Part shown: positions 21,846 through 36,832 of the stretch, one piece after another | How the letters are laid out: the number at the start of each line of letters is the position of its first letter | Numbering within the stretch: the first letter of the stretch is position 1 | Assembly: GCA_020891255.1 (NCBI GenBank) | Contig: BQFW01000010.1 | Location: 744,001-808,000, forward strand | Length of the DNA: 64,000 nt | Direction of reading: 5' to 3' | DNA from: Entomortierella parvispora E1425 | Taxonomy: Eukaryota > Fungi > Mortierellomycota | Program-made: the position numbers and the translations under genes | The notes under the pieces: generated by a model | Database searches by the model: none | The model's input: only the letters and a program-made list of their open reading frames with translations | What the model was told of the DNA's origin: nothing

Positions 21846-24800
21846 TGAAAAGTATATGGCACACGGAGTCAGTGAGAATAAGAGAGGGATCTCTGTTTTA
21901 TTGAACCGGTCAGGATATTATCCTGACCGTTGCCTCCGTGACTGTGCCTTGCTGCCAGCAGCATCATTTGCCGCTGCGCCACCAAATTATGCGACAGAAC
22001 TTCCCCTCCCATGGAGAGCGAAGCGCGGGTTGACACTACTGGTCAGTGAGAGGGTAAAAAATAAAACCTCTATGAAAATGTTATGGTTGAGGAAAAGTGA
22101 AAAACCTCTTGTCTTTGAGGAAAACCATGTGGTAAAAAACCTCTTTGCCTGTTAGGTCTTCTTTGCGTAGTAGCGTTTTAGTTCCTCGTTCTCGTTTGGT
22201 ATCTCTTCGATCTTTGATCCTGTGGTCGCTTATTTTCTTTGAGAAGTTGCCAGTATTCTCTGATACATTGTTTTTCAATAAAGTTTTCTTCGGGTTCCCA
22301 AGTGTAGTCATCTTTGGAGTAGCCAGCCCATTTTGCTTTGTATTCCCACTCCCCCTTTCGAGAAGGATGAGGACGGTGGTCGAGAATGTACTCGATCTCG
22401 AATATGGGCAGCGTATTTAAATCCTCGAGTACGAGTTTGAGCTGGGATGGGGCATAGTTGCGACTGAGCGACTCGCCTGTACCATCTCTGAGCTCATAAG
22501 ATCCACCGGTCGTGCGGCGCACTACTGTGTACGGGCCTTCATACCGTGGCGTAAGTTTATTACCGCGGATGGGATCAAGTGTCATGACTTTTGCGCCATC
22601 AGGGAATTCATTATGCAGAACTGTGGCATTGAATCGGGCGATCATTTTCTTTTGAGTCTCTTCTGATTTCTTGTCAATCGCTGGAAAGACAATTTCAGTC
22701 ATGTATGCGAGACGATCACAGAGCTGCTTGTGGGTCATGACGTTCTTGGTAGATTTGGAGTAATTTCGGAAGCCATTGGCCTTGCGAGCGAAGAAGAGAG
22801 AGAACGGTGATGAATTATGGAGAGCAACGATTCTTGTATTCATTGCAAGCTGTGCCATGGGTACATGAAGGTCCCAAGTATCTTGTTTCTGATGATGTTC
22901 TTTCTTGAGGATGTCGACTGCGACTTTGACATGTCGTTCGGCAACGCCGTTTCCTCGAGGGTGATACGGCGTAAGTAGCCGGTGGTCAACGTTAAATTCA
23001 GAGGTCATTGCAAGCATGACTTGGTTCACAAATTCCCTGCCGTTATCGGATTGTAAAACGCGAGGAAAGCCAACGGTACAAAATATATCAAACAGGGCTT
23101 TAGCGACAGTGTTTGCTTGTTTATCAGGGAGCGCTCTTAAGAAGACGAAGCGTGTGCATACAGTACGTCGACTACGATAAGAAGGATTTCATTGCCTTTC
23201 TTTGAGAGTTTGAACGGTCCCGCTAAATCCATAGCCATATGATCTCCTGGCAGGTTTGCGTGGATAGCTTTTAATGGATGATAGCCTTTGATACTAATAT
23301 TGTACTTCTGACATTCCGAGCATTTCTTAACCCAATTCAAGCAGTCGTCTGTGAGATGGGGCCATGTGTATTGTTCCGCATGTATAGACCGGACCATTGC
23401 ATTCGCTCCAAGGTGGCCGAGGGCGTGGGTTTTGTTCAATATATCGTCCTGCTTCTTTTTGCCATGAACGACTTCTAACATTGTGTCTTTGTTTTGCATG
23501 ATGTGCATGTAAGCGTTGACTATGTGCCCATGGTTGGAGTCGTAGCGAGTCTGGATGGAGGCTGGGAACAGTCTAGACAAGTGATCTGGCAACACATTCA
23601 TCACTCCAGGTCGGTATTCGACCGTAAAGTCATAACTCAGGATTGTTTCATGCCAGCCAGTGAGCATGGAGTTTAACTCTTTCTGCGAGTGAATGAACGT
23701 AAGTGCTCGGTGATCTGTATACAGTGTAAAGTGTCTTCCCCAGAGGTAGTAGTGGAATTTCGTGAGTGCAAACACGATTCCTAGCAATTCTTTTTGTGTG
23801 GCTGAATACCGTCGTTCTCTGTCTTGTAGAGAGCGTGCCATGAAGGATATGTATCTGTTCTCCCATTTTTCTTGGATTCATTCCTGACTTTCTGGTAAAG
23901 GACCGATGCAATGCCTACGTTGGATGCGTCAGTGGCGACATAGAACGGCAGACCGAAGTCAGCGAAGTGCAAGATTGGTGCATGGCTTAGCAATTGCTTG
24001 AATGTATTGAAAGCATCGAGTTCGTCTGCATTGAGTTTGAACGCTTTTGTTTCATGCCTCAGCTTATCCAGTGGCGCTGCCAATGTACTGAACAGCGGGA
24101 TGAATTCTTGGAAGAAATTGAATGTGCCCATGTAGGACTGAATTTGAGTGCCTGTGGTTGGTGGAACCCACTGGTCGATATTGGCTAGCTTGGTAGGATC
24201 TACCCGTTTTCCAGCCAAGTCGATAACAAAGCCGAGGAGTACAATCTGTGTTGAGAAGTGTGATTTTTCTGGGTTGATAATAAGCTAATAAGCTTTGCCT
24301 CTGTTAGGCGTTCGATTACACACTTGACGTGCGCTGCATGCTCTTCCTTGGTCTTGGAGAAAATAACGATGTCGTCAATGAACACCAGGACAAAGGGCAA
24401 GTCCCCCAAGATGCGTGTCATTCCGCGTTGGAATATGCTTGACAGTGGCTTAAGTCCGAATGGAGCTCGTCGGAACATATATTGAGTTCCTCGGTGCATG
24501 AATGCAGTGAGTGGTTGATGTCCTGCTTCGATAGGTAACCGGTGATATGCTTGTGTCAAATCGAGCGTTGTATAAATCATGTGGCCACCTATCTGTTGTA
24601 AGATGTCCGATATTAATGGTACTGGATGGTTGTCATCCTTTAATAATTTGTTCAGAGGACGTGGGTCTAGGCAAACCCGCCATTTCGTTTTATTGCCGAG
24701 GAGATCTTTCTTGGCCGCGAGAGTTAGCGTGTTATTGTGCCGATTGTTGGCCGGAGCAAGTGTGATAACTCCATCTTTAAGCCATTTGTCAACTTGTTCG

Positions 24801-27800
24801 TCGAAAATATGCTGTTGCTGTTCAGCAAACGTCCTTGGTCTGCGATAAATAGTCGTGCCATCAGGAACATCCAAGAACACGTGCATCTCTGGTAGAGTGC
24901 AGTAGCTGTCTAGCGGTATCTGTGCGTTGTCCTTTATCGAGTCTTGGATTTCACTCATGAATTGTGCTTTGAGTTTCTTGAGCTTGTCAGTAAGTTCTTC
25001 GATTGGTGTTTCCAATGGTAACACGGATGGCTTTTCATCTGGTGTTGGCGTTGGCAGAGTCTGTGCGTTTGCTCGTCCGTCTGCAATGCCTCCGATTGAG
25101 AACCCTAGTTTGTTAAATAGGTCCATGCCAATGACAAATGGGTATTGTAGGTCAAACAGTTCAAATGAGGCGAGAAGCGAATGTTCATTGCATTCTACTT
25201 CTATATGTTCTGTTACTCCTGTTCTTGCTACATGCATTTTCTTGTGCCCGAGGAAGATGTTTCCCCGTGCTTTGCTGACCTCAATTTTCAGAGCTTCTAC
25301 TAATGACTTGTCTATGAATGACTTCGTGGCTCCAGAATCAATTAGTGCTTCAAATTGAAGGCCTTCGAAGTAGATCGGTACTACAAGTCTCTTGTCATTG
25401 TCGTTCTGGTCACCCATTTCATTGTATACAAGTGTTTCAAACATGTGTGATTGCTCATCGTTTATTGTCATGTGTTCCTGTGGTATGTCTTGTGACATTC
25501 TACTTTCCCTCCCCGCATGTGCCAGGACTGAATCTGTGGAGTGAACAGACTCTATGAATTCTTTATCTGACACTGGCGACATGTCTCTAGTCTGAGAGGA
25601 GTAGGACGCAAGAGTGAGTGCGTTGAAGTTGATATCAAGATCGTGGTATGTTTGCCACACATTTTTACGAGAGCGTAGTATATGAAGAGGATCCTTACTG
25701 TAATTGCGCTCACGAGAGTTGTGGCTATCCCTGTTGTCTCTGCGCTGGCGAATGTCAGCTTGATATGGCCCGAAGCGGCTTGATCCGCGGTGGGAACGGT
25801 CTTGTCGATCGTCTGAGCTGTGTGAGCTACGCTCCGAGTGTTCATTGCGTCGTCGTTCGTGCGCGCACGGCAGGCGTCCTTCTTATGGCCTAGCTTGTTG
25901 CAGTAGTCGCAGCTGATATGGTCCTTGGAAACGTGGTTGCCGTTCTTGTTACATTTATCACACCACATCTGCTTCGACTCAGCCTTGGCGGCGTGAGAGT
26001 TGGTGGTGGGCATTACTGGAGCGCTAAAGTTTTCGCGAGCTCCAGCTGGTCCTGTTAGCTTGCCCAGTGCGATACAAAAATCAGCGATAGAGCAATTGGA
26101 GTGTCTGGCACTGATGTTGCTTGTGGGTTGTCCAGTACGTATTGCGATTGGAATCGCGTGTTGACTGTGTCCATTTCAGATGATGCAAGTCCTTGTCGAA
26201 GCAGAGTCAAAACCACATCGTTGTTGTCTTGTACTCGGAATAGCTTTGTAGCTCTTGCGATCCGATGAGCGTAGTGACTATATGGCTCTCCTGCGAGTCG
26301 TCCAAATTTGGTGAGCGTGGTAACAGCGTTTTCTCGCTCTTCGATTGTTAAGCATGTCTCGAAGAACGTCCTCTCGAGATAGTCCACTGTCAGCACCTCC
26401 TTGGGTGCCTTGAACTTCTCTTTCAGATTGGCATGAAAGTGGTCGTTGTGGACCAGGTACAGGAGGTATTTGTCTCCATGACTTCCTATGATTTGCTCCC
26501 CCACATACGGCGCGATTTCTCGTTCGAAGTTCGCCCACCAGTCGTATGCCGATAGGGATCCTGATGATCCGAATCGAAGCCATGTGGATAGAGGCTTGAC
26601 AGGAAATCCTGCCTCAGATCGCGCTTGTGGAGCATGGTTGCTTGCGCTTCGATCCTGCTCTTGATAACGGTCTACGGTGGACTGATTTGGATATGCCCAT
26701 TGTGCTGGTACAGGGCGGCGAGCTGCGTGAAGAGCATTGTATGTTTGCTCCATACTGCTGAGGAAGTCCTCGTTGCGCTTATGTTCTTCCTCCATCTTGT
26801 CTGTTTCCGGTGTGAGGTCCATGGGAGCTGTACCGGCATGGGTGACTCTTTTGTTACGTGAGATATGTAAAAGGAGTCTTACATTGGTGAGCCGAGTAGC
26901 TTCCATCTGTGCGTACGTTGCCGCAATGTCTGCCTCTATTTCCGCATCTGTTATGTCAGGCAGGGCAGTATGGGTAGGTACCGCCAAGGCTCTGGTGATT
27001 GATACGACCGATGTAGGACTATCCTTTCTTGGAATAGATGGCAACTGTGACGGTGGTAGTCCTTCAAACGTCAGTCCACTTCTGGTGCCAGAGCTGGTGG
27101 ATGGAATGGTTTCCTCGTCCACATCCATCTCTTCTGTGATGGATCCTTCGTGTGTGGCTACAGTGGCCAAGTCTCCGCCATTGTTGGTGGGTTCTCCAGA
27201 GTTGGAGGCAGTGGCGCGCGCGTTGGCGGCTTGTGCAACAGGTATAACAACTGCAGTTGAGATTCACTTTGCCCATGTCGCGAAAAATTTTTCCCAGCTG
27301 AATTGAGTTAATGCCGGAATGAACTGAATGTCGAAAAGTTCACCAAAGTCCATGAGCGGTGGCTTGCGTGCAGTAAGTGGTGTTTTGGTAACTTTCAAGG
27401 GTCCTGAAAGCGATGCTGTGTTCCGTTTAGATGGATGGGTCGGATTGACGGGTGAATTGGCGTTCCAAAGTTGATCTCAGTTAAATCGAGTGGAATTAAC
27501 TTGCGGAATGTGAGATGCAGGTCAATGCTGGTGAATGTCGTCGCAGACAGTGAAGAAATGCTGTTGATCGGTCGAGTGCTGACGAGTGCGGTTGAATGGA
27601 GGTGAATGCCGGTTGTGAATGTCGGTTATGTTCCTGATCCTGCGAGATCTTCTTCTCTTCACTGAAAAAAATGAAAAGTATATGGCACACGGAGTCAGTG
27701 AGAATAAGAGAGGGATCTCTGTTTTATTGAACCGGTCAGGATATTATCCTGACCGTTGCCTCCGTGACTGTGCCTTGCTGCCAGCAGCATCATTTGCCGC

Positions 27801-27822
27801 TGCGCCACCAAATTATGCGACA
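21846..27822 (-). mobile_element. Second family-D copy (D'), inverted relative to D; gag-pol remnant 22178-27170
   Basis: LTRs 21846-21996 and 27672-27822. Flanks CTGGT / TTGGG do not match. Shares the 8-bp RT duplication (24278-24293) with D. Confidence 0.92.
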
Positions 27823-28203
27823 TTGGGAATCAACCGAGTACAAGAGCGGAACTCACTGGTGTAAGTGGCTACAGATCGTTTGCCCTGGGTGACAGTAGTG
27901 AGTTTTCGTCGGGCAGCGTGGATGGCGTCAGGGGGGGTGAATCGTTTTTCAAACTTGTCGCGGAACGTGTCCCAATCTGTTGCTAGGGTGAGACCAGAGA
28001 CGCGCCACCACGAGCGGGCCTCGAGGGTGAGGGCGAGGACGGTAACTTTTACCCACTGGCTTTTGTCCAGGCCGACAATCTCAAAGTACTCCTCGTAGCT
28101 GTCCAGGAAATTGAGGCAAAGGTCGGCGTCGATTTTGCCAGTGTATGGTTCGGGTTTCTGGGGTTTCAGAACAGCAGCGAGTGTTCGTACACGATCGTTC
28201 GTG
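27823..28203 (-). pseudogene. Gag fragment of another Ty3 family (H)
   Basis: KPQKPEPYTG…ARSWW…WDTFRDKFEKRF…QGKRSVATYTSEF is a retrotransposon gag signature. Confidence 0.8.
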
Positions 28204-28310
28204 TGCAATAGGAGTATCGAGGGTGGAGTGGAGACAAGAAGTGAGTTTTATTATATTGCAAGTTTCTAGCTTTTGTAGGTACACATCGCGTGATGTCACC
28301 GTATTCCTGT
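28204..28310 (-). repeat. LTR-C copy missing its last 4 nt (cut by LTR-A)
   Basis: Matches 37322-37428. Confidence 0.9.
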
Positions 28311-29457
28311 TGTGATGTTGTCTAAAGTAAGTATAGTCTAACGTCAGCAAAGGCTGGAGATGAAAATGATAACGAAAAGAATAATAACGAACAAAGCTCG
28401 CTGCTTACATATGATAGGGACTTTGCTCTCTGTGCCACAAGGATCAAGCACAGCACTGCTATATGATCAGATACAATCTCGAGAGAATGAACTGGATAGA
28501 CAGGAGGAGGAGAATGAGCAACAGGATCACGATATAAGCAGGAACGAAACTGAAAGGAGACTAATAAGGACATACCAATGAGCTAAGCACGTCCTAATGG
28601 TAACCAAACAGGAGAATAAACAACTACGGAGGCGAACACTAGGTACTATACTAACTAATAACAACAACAAGGGAGGATTGAAGGGATCTAATCAGTAAGA
28701 GCAAGGCTAGAAGTATTCTATCCAGGGAAAGGGGACAAGGCCGCCTAACTGAGGGTTCAGGAGGGACTCGAGGGAAGGCGACGAGAAGATAAGGGAGGTT
28801 CCCAAGCACCAGTTAAGGTCTCAGGGTGCCCAAGCACCAGTTAAGGTCTCAGGGTGCCCAAGCGCCAGTTAAGGCCTCAGGGTGGGATGCCAAGATCGTA
28901 CAAGTCCACTCAAAAGAGACAAGACATTGTTGGTACCTCGTAAGTGAGCAAGGACACGGAGAACTGGTTGGCCGAGGTTCTTGACGGGACTTGTCGAGGA
29001 CGGGGAAGATCGTAACTTGTGAGTGTACAAGGTCGATCAACAGAACGCAATAGGTCTGTGATATCCAAAGGTAAGGGGAGGAGGTTTAGACTAGCTACTA
29101 ATAGTCTCAGCAATCGGAATTAAGGCGTCGAGCTTGCTGCTGCTGCAAACGGGATATCGGGCAGGAAGGGGGGGATGTGTGTTTGTGTTCTGAAGGGTTC
29201 AACAAAAGTGTACTGGCAGGAATCGTAAAGGAAAAAGGCAACCAGGAGCAAAATGGATTTTGCTCCCTTCTTTATAGAAAAAAAAACTGAAACTAAACAA
29301 AATAATAAATGCTACTGAAAATGTATATCTACTCCGATTGATGTGGATCGGGACTCCACATCTACTACACCACACCGATCCCAGGGTCTCTTTCTCACAT
29401 CCTCCTATGTGAGAGCAAGCCAGTGAGTGTCTCTGGTGGGCTGATCCCCATATCCTA

Positions 29458-32400
29458 CTAGGTCGTTCGTTTATACGGTCTAAGGCGACTGTGGTTAACG
29501 GGTCGACCTCCATAATATCGATGCCATTGTCCATCGATCTTTTCACTCAATCGATAGGCTCCTCCGGGCAAAGCTTCAACAATAACGTAAGGTCCCTTCC
29601 ATCTGGGTGAGAGCTTACCGCTCCACTGCTTGAGAAGCGCGGATTGATGTACTAGTACCTCATCTCCAACTTCGTACTGTCGAGGGGGAGGGAGGTCGGC
29701 TGCATCGGTGGACCATTTGTGCTCATTTATGATCCTTTGATGAACCTCCGCGCGTAAAACTCCCAAGATTTCCCGTCTCTCCTCATCCACCTCTTCACGT
29801 TCTTCCAAGTCGATGTTGTGGTTAAGATCGATATCCCAGGGAAGGCGGGCTCGTTGCCCAAAAAGGATCTCGAACGGTGAAACCCCCCGGGTCTGTTTGA
29901 TCTGGGTCCTCCAAGTCCAGGTAACACGATCCAGAATGGTAGCCCACGCATTCTCTGGTAATCCATCGTGCTGGATGATACGGGCGACGCACCATGAAAC
30001 CATTATACCGCTCTACCATTCCGTTGGTCTGTGCATGATATGCAGAAGCTGGATCCAGATCGATCATATGCTTGATACACCATGCTTTGAAGACTCCTGC
30101 GGACAACGATGATCCATTATCCGTGATGATACGTTTAGGATGGCCATATTGCATCGCCCAATGTTTTTCAACTGTTCGCAAGACTAGGTTTCCAGCCAAG
30201 GATGACAATGCAACGGACACAACCCATCCGGAGAGATAATCCACCATGTTTAAAACGAATCTCTTTCCATTGGACATTGGCAAAGGTCCGACGGCATCTA
30301 GTCCCACAGTCTCAAAGATAGTTCGAGGCGGAGGTATGCGATGGAAACGATATCGGGTGGGGTCTCGTGCCTGATACCGTTGACATGCATCACAGCTGGA
30401 TAAGTGTTCCTTAACGTCCTTGTACATCCCAGGCCAGAAGTATCCCTCGGCGATGAGAGTATAGGTCGAAACTACGCCCAGATGCCCGACGATGGTGGAT
30501 CCATGAGCGCGTTCTAACACCCTAGATACTTCTCCAGGCGGCACGTATTGGCGAGGCATGCCGCCAGGCGTGCGCTTGAATAGACGACCTTGAGCAACAA
30601 ATACTTGGGTAGCATGCTCATAATTTTGCCCCTTGAATTTTTGTCCAAATAGGTCAAAGGATCTCCTTGTAACGCAGCCACAATTGAGACGAATGGCTCT
30701 TGGTCCTCCGAGATGAGCAAAGTGCTCATCAACCTCTTGTTTTCTTGTATCTCAATGGCTTCCTCCACCCCAAGGTCCGGTAGATCCTCCCCAGTGACAT
30801 TCTTGTGATGGATGCGAGATAAAGGATCGGAGTCTTTCATGTCCCGCCCGGGTCGATGATGAATGGTAACCCGGTATTGGGCGATGATTAATGTCCACCG
30901 AGTGAGTCGCGCGCTCCTCGAAGAAAGGTTATGCATGTATAACAACGCCCGATGGTCGATGAAGACATGAATCTCCTTCCCTTCTAACAGATGACTGTGC
31001 TTGACGAGGCAATACACTAGTCCTAGCAATTCGCGCTCCGTGGCAAAATAACGAGACTCGGCCCCCGATAATTTCCGGCTTCCAAAAACAATGGGCTGAT
31101 ATTTGACGTTGATATCGATCCGATCGTCATCTTCTGGGTTCAGACAATGAGCAACCACATGCCCTGTGGCGAAATCCGACGTGTCAGCGGATATAATAAC
31201 CGGTCTCTTATGGTCCATCATAATTAGAACTGGAGCGGTGACCAGAGCAACCTGAATATCGCGGAAGGCTTTCATATATTTGGGATCTGACATCCATTTT
31301 TCCACAAAAGCGTTTGGATCCTTGTGCAATTTGTACAGAGGAAACAATGGGGCAGCCATTGCAGAAAAAGTTGGATATGAAATCACACAAAAATAAAGCA
31401 AAACCAACGAAGCCGCGTAGTTCAGTGACATTCTGAGGCACGGGCCAATATTCCATCTTGAATAGCTTCTTGGGGTCCGCAGAGATCCGACTATCTCCTA
31501 CAATCCTTCCCAAGAACTCGCGCTGTTTGACAAAGAACGCCGATTTCTTGCCTGAAAACGAACCGTTGAACATATCCATGCGGGCTAGCACTTCTTCAAC
31601 GGTGCGGAAATGGAGATGAAAGGTGCCGTCGCCTGTAGCCATGTCGTCCACGAAATTCCCTAGTCGTTCCTTGATTGTGCTGAAGACCTCGCCCATGTGG
31701 CGAGTATACCATTGCATAGAATCGATCAATCCCATAGGCAATACGTTATACTCGTATAATCCATCCGGAAAGGCGACGGCGGTGAGGAAGCGACTGTCTT
31801 CGGCGATAGGTGATTGAAGATACCCATCTTTGCAATCCCAAAATGACAAAAACTCGCATCCTTGCAACTTGTATATCTCGGTGATGGGATCCGGTAGCGG
31901 CCATGCCATAGGTGCAATCAACTTGTTGACTGGTATGAAATTAACGCATACCCGATAGGAGTTATCCTTCTTTTGTATTAAGAGCGGATTGCAGGAGGCA
32001 GGAGAGCTGGATCGCCTCATCTTTCCAGCCTTGACCATTTGATCGCGATATTCACATAAAGTGGTTATCTGACCCGGTGAATATTTCTTGTTGTACGCAC
32101 GCGGAAACTTTGAGCCAGGCTTGAGGTGGAAAGAAGCGGGTGCTTCCAACATATCAGCGTTCAGAGTCCTTGACATCTCGCCCTCCTTTGGAAAGCATTC
32201 CTCATGTTTCTGGAAAATACGTCGAATTTCTGATAAATTATCATGCACCTCCGGTATGTCTCCCACATACACTGATCGTTCCTCCAAACCAGGCAGCAAC
32301 ATGACCGGAGTGTTAGTCAACCGGTCTCGGCAACGTGGTGCTTCCAGGTGGAAACCATAGGAGTCATTCACCATGATCGGAGAAGCGTCGAAGATAGAAC

Positions 32401-34150
32401 TGATTTCAGCAGATGGTGACGGGTGGGAAGCATCCACAACGGAGAGACATGATACAGGTTGACGACCATCCGGAATAGGGGGTTCTGGGAAAACCGCTTG
32501 CAAAAACCAACAATTGACAATGTCTCCCTTGGCATCGTCCTGCTTGAGTTGTTCCACGGTAGTGCGCTCTACCCTCCCTTCCTGGATGTTTCGAATAAGG
32601 AGGGCGTATCCTTCATCCCCATCTTCTTTTTCGCTGGTGGAGGACGCTTCGTTATCGGTACCTGAATCCTCGGACGTGTCTTCGCTGAGTTCGGCTTCGG
32701 ATTCACTCGTATCGTCTTGGTTGTCAACGCGAGAAACGATCGGAAGGGTGCGGGCGCGACCATCAATTGTGACCTTGAATCCTTGGACATGCAAGGTAGT
32801 GATAGCAGTAGACCAATTTGTGTATCCGCTGCAAGCCTCGAGAAATGGGCGGCCCCAACAAAATATCGAAGTCGACAGAGTCCACAATCACGCAGCCCGC
32901 TGGAATCATGATACCTTGAATGTCGATAGGAACGCCCGGAGCTTCTCCAGCAACTCCAGCGTTTCCAGTCAAACCTTTCAACGAAAATGACGAGTAAGGT
33001 GTGTGGTTGGTTATCCCGATTTGATCGAGAAATCCACGACGGATAACATTGACACAGGAGCCACCATCCAACAAAATCTCGCACTTGGTTCCCATGATGG
33101 CAGCTCTGAATCCATGGGTGTCGGTTTTGGATCGTTCCACTCGGTTCAGAAAAACACGTAGCTCTTCTATTTCGGACTCGCCCAGTAATAACGAGGGATA
33201 TTCTTGAGTGAGTAGGACTCGCTCCTCGCGCGGCACAGTTTTCAGCGAGGCTTGTACAGTCCGTCTAATGCTGGGTGACAACTCCATCAGTTGCCCGATG
33301 GTTAAGCCTTCGACTTTGGTGGTTCGTAAGCACTGACGGATGTCAAAAGGTTTCTGCTTCAACTGCAACACGATAGGATTGGGTAACGACTTCAAAAACG
33401 CCTCATCTGACTCGAGGGTAAGATCCGGTCCGTCCGTTTTTTTTTTCTTTTGCTCCCCTTTTTTGTCGTTCTTGCGGCTCTCTTTTTTCTTTTCGGGCGA
33501 GGGTGGCCGTGACTGGTCTTTTTTCCTCCCATGTGATCTTCTTGGCCGATGACGCACGCATGCTCGTTCCATCATCTCTTCCTCCATTCACTTTTCTTGT
33601 CTCCATTACTTTTCGACTTTCCTTCGGCGGCACCATCATCCTTCGTAATCCGCCATCTGAGTCGTCCGCCTCCATCTCATCTCGCCCATCTCTCTCAATT
33701 CCCTTCGTTGCCTTGATTGCATCTTGTGCAGCGATGGTTCGTTCGAGCCGGGCCAAGTTTTCCGCAGCAGATGGACCTTCAATGGAACTTGGGACACTCT
33801 CCTTGGGCTTGATGGGAATCTCCACTGCGGTCATCATCTCTCGTCGAGGAGGAGGATCGACATCCATCGAGCGAGCCTTGGCCGCAGCATGTTGGAGGGC
33901 TTTGACATGCGACATGGCAGATGGGCCAACACGTGTAGTCATGGCAGGTGGTCTTTTCAGGACTTGGGTGGCAGCGTTGGGGCGAGGCACTCCTCGAGGC
34001 GGCGGCGCTTTTGCATACGGTAACGAGCTGGTAGGGTTGCGGGTAGTGGGACGAGTAGCAACCAGTACGCTTACTTCTTCTGTGTTTTCTCCATGGATAG
34101 GGTCAGGGGGTTCATGGTTTGGAGTCTCTCCATGGTCCCCTTCTAAAAAT
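29458..34150 (-). pseudogene. pol: Pol of A1 (PR-RT-RH-IN, no chromodomain), several frameshifts
   Basis: LLDGGS, FVDD, SADTS, HHCC, GLDAVG/ITDNG/MVERY, WKGPY. Confidence 0.85.
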
Positions 34151-35688
34151 CCACTTCGACTTCAACAAATCCGAAGAAATAACAGCGAACGTCGAAATCC
34201 TCAACTCCAGCGCCTTCATCGATCCTGGCTTCGACCAACAAAGTTTGAGGTGTCTTCTGCGCGGGGCAATCTCGGGCTATATGTCCCAACTGTTGGCAAT
34301 TGTAACACTGTCTCTCAGACATGGGGTTCTTCTCGCCTGAGTACCGAGTGGTGGGCGGTCCAGCCGGTCTAGGAGTAACTCGATTACTCTTACTGATGAG
34401 GATTTTCAGGCGGTCCAGCTCCTGAGTGACAGCTTCGATGTCGTCCTTGGAAGCTAAATTCTTCTGAGTCGAGTTGTTTTTGGCAGAGGTAAAGGATTTG
34501 GTGTCGCGTTTCACGGACGGGGAGCCGACGGCCTTTGATTCAGATTTGCCACGGTCATCTAACGGGTCCTTCTTCTTTTGCTTGTCCTTAGCAGTCGGGT
34601 TCTTATCATCGTCATCATCGCTGGACTCGCTTTCATCATCGGTATCGTCCGTTTCCTCGTTATGTCGTACCAGATACAACTCGTACATCTTGCGAGAGCA
34701 TTTATGGGCCTCCTCCATCATATCCTCAAGCTTGTTCTGGTGATGGACCTCCTTGGCAATGTCAGGAAGGAACAAGTTCTTGAGATAAGCTTTGCGTACG
34801 CCTGCTTCATCATACACACCAAGTCCTTGTCGAGTAGCCTGTTGATATTGTTCGTTTAGGATCCTAAAACGGATGTTGAAGGCCTGGACCGACTCTTTTC
34901 TTTGTCTGCTTGCACTTGTCCAACTGCGCCAAGGATCCTGAGAGCAACTGATCACGAACGGACATGAAGGTATTGCGGAAATCCTCGTAGAGGCCTTCGG
35001 GGCGAACCTCCCGGTTATTTTCGAGAAAGTATACAAACCATGCCTGTGTTTCGTCTGTTCCCATGGATGCTCCAAACGATTCGATGGTACGAGAGGCGGC
35101 CGTATGTGGGTTCATGTTGGTAAATTGCGTTCCAGCCCACAATTGGTACTGATGCAGCCATACCTCTGCTTTATGTTTCTTAGGATTGAACTTTCCAGCC
35201 GAACATACACGAGGTTCTTTCTTGCCATGGAAGTCGTTGGGAGGCGTCCGATACTGATCATGAGGGCGTTCGTCACGTGACCAAGGACGTTCGAGTCGTT
35301 CTCGACTCCTTCCGTCGGCAAAGTTAGAGGGCCTGTAGGGGGTCGAGAAATGGCTGGTTGGCTGGGTCGTCGGTAACGAGGGAGTAGGTTCAGGGATTGG
35401 TCCTGGATCGGCAGTTTGAGCGTACTCAGGATGACGATTAGCGGCTGCTAATTCCGTACGCTTCAGCACGTTCAACAGCATGCTCTCCATCCTGCTAAGG
35501 GTGCTTTCCATCAGCCATTTCTCTCTGTCCGTGGCTACAAACACTTCAGGTGTGTTTTTGAGGTGACCTGGGATCTCTCCTTCTAGGCGCATATCTGGCA
35601 CACTACTCTCCATGCTGCTAGTGGATGCGGCAGGGGACCGGTCCGCGGAGATACTATCGGAGCTGCGCAGGGTCATGTTGGGATCCAA
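34143..35688 (-). pseudogene. gag: Gag of A1 (one frameshift at the A-run ~34895-34900)
   Basis: Near-identical to the 514-aa gag of A2; CYNCQQLGHIARDC. Confidence 0.85.
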
Positions 35689-36832
35689 TGAAGACTGGTT
35701 TCAAATTGATATCGGAAAGAAGAAGAGTTTCTCTTTAATCTCAGACGGGAGGGCTTGTAACTGCCCAGGTTCTCCACCAAATTGGCTTCGGGTGTGATGT
35801 CGTCTAAAGTAAGTATAGTCTAACGTCAGCAAAGGCTGGAGGTGAAAATGATAACGAAAAGAATAATAACGAACAAAGCTCGCTGCTTACATATGATAGG
35901 GACTTTGCTCTCTGTGCCACAAGGATCAAGCACAGCACTGCTATATGATCAGATACAATCTCGAGAGAATGAACTGGATAGACAGGAGGAGGAGAATGAG
36001 CAACAGGATCACGATGTAAGCAGGAACGAAACTGAAAGGAGACTAATAAGGACATACCAATGAGCTAAGCACGTCCTAATGGTAACCAAACAGGAGAATA
36101 AACAACTACGGAGGCGAACACTAGGTACTATACTAACTAATAACAACAACAAGGGAGGATTGAAGGGATCTAATCAGTAAGAGCAAGGCTAGAAGTATTC
36201 TATCCAGGGAAAGGGGACAAGGCCGCCTAACTGAGGGTTCAGGAGGGACTCGAGGGAAGGCGACGAGAAGATAAGGGAGGTTCCCAAGCACCAGTTAAGG
36301 CCTCAGGGTGCCCAAGCGCCAGTTAAGGCCTCAGGGTGGGATGCCAAGATCGTACAAGTCCACTCAAAAGAGACAAGACATTGTTGGTACCTCGTAAGTG
36401 AGCAAGGACACGGAGAACGGGTTGGCCGAGGTTCTTGACGGGACTTGTCGAGGACAGGGAAGATCGTAACTTGTGAGTGTACAAGGTCGATCAACAGAAC
36501 GCAATAGGTCTGTGATATCCAAAGGTAAGGGGGGGAGGAGGTTTAGACTAGCTACTAATAGTCTCAGCAATCGGAATTAAGGCGTCGAGCTTGCTGCTGC
36601 TGCAAAGGGGATATCGGGCAGGAAGGGGGGGATGTGTGTTTGTGTTCTGAAGGGTTCAACAAAAGTGTACTGGCAGGAATCGTAAAGGAAAAAGGCAACC
36701 AGGAGCAAAATGGATTTTGCTCCCTTCTTTATAGAAAAAAAAAACTGAAACTAAACAAAATAATAAATGCTACTGAAAATGTATATCTACTCCGATTGAT
36801 GTGGATCGGGACTCCACATCTACTACACCACA

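Larger units (their letters stand above)
28311..36832 (-). mobile_element. Ty3/gypsy family A, copy 1 (A1), probably chimeric
   Basis: LTRs 28311-29374 and 35793-36832 differ in SNPs and in the number of 28-bp repeats (3 vs 2). Flanks CTGT / ACGG do not match. 5-nt deletion in integrase near 29990. Confidence 0.9.

Noticed and set aside
33503-34372. Long antisense ORFs over gag/pol (for example 289 aa here, 218 aa at 45758, 189 aa at 8888)
   Set aside because: Shadow ORFs of GC-balanced coding strands, with no motifs and not conserved in length between copies.
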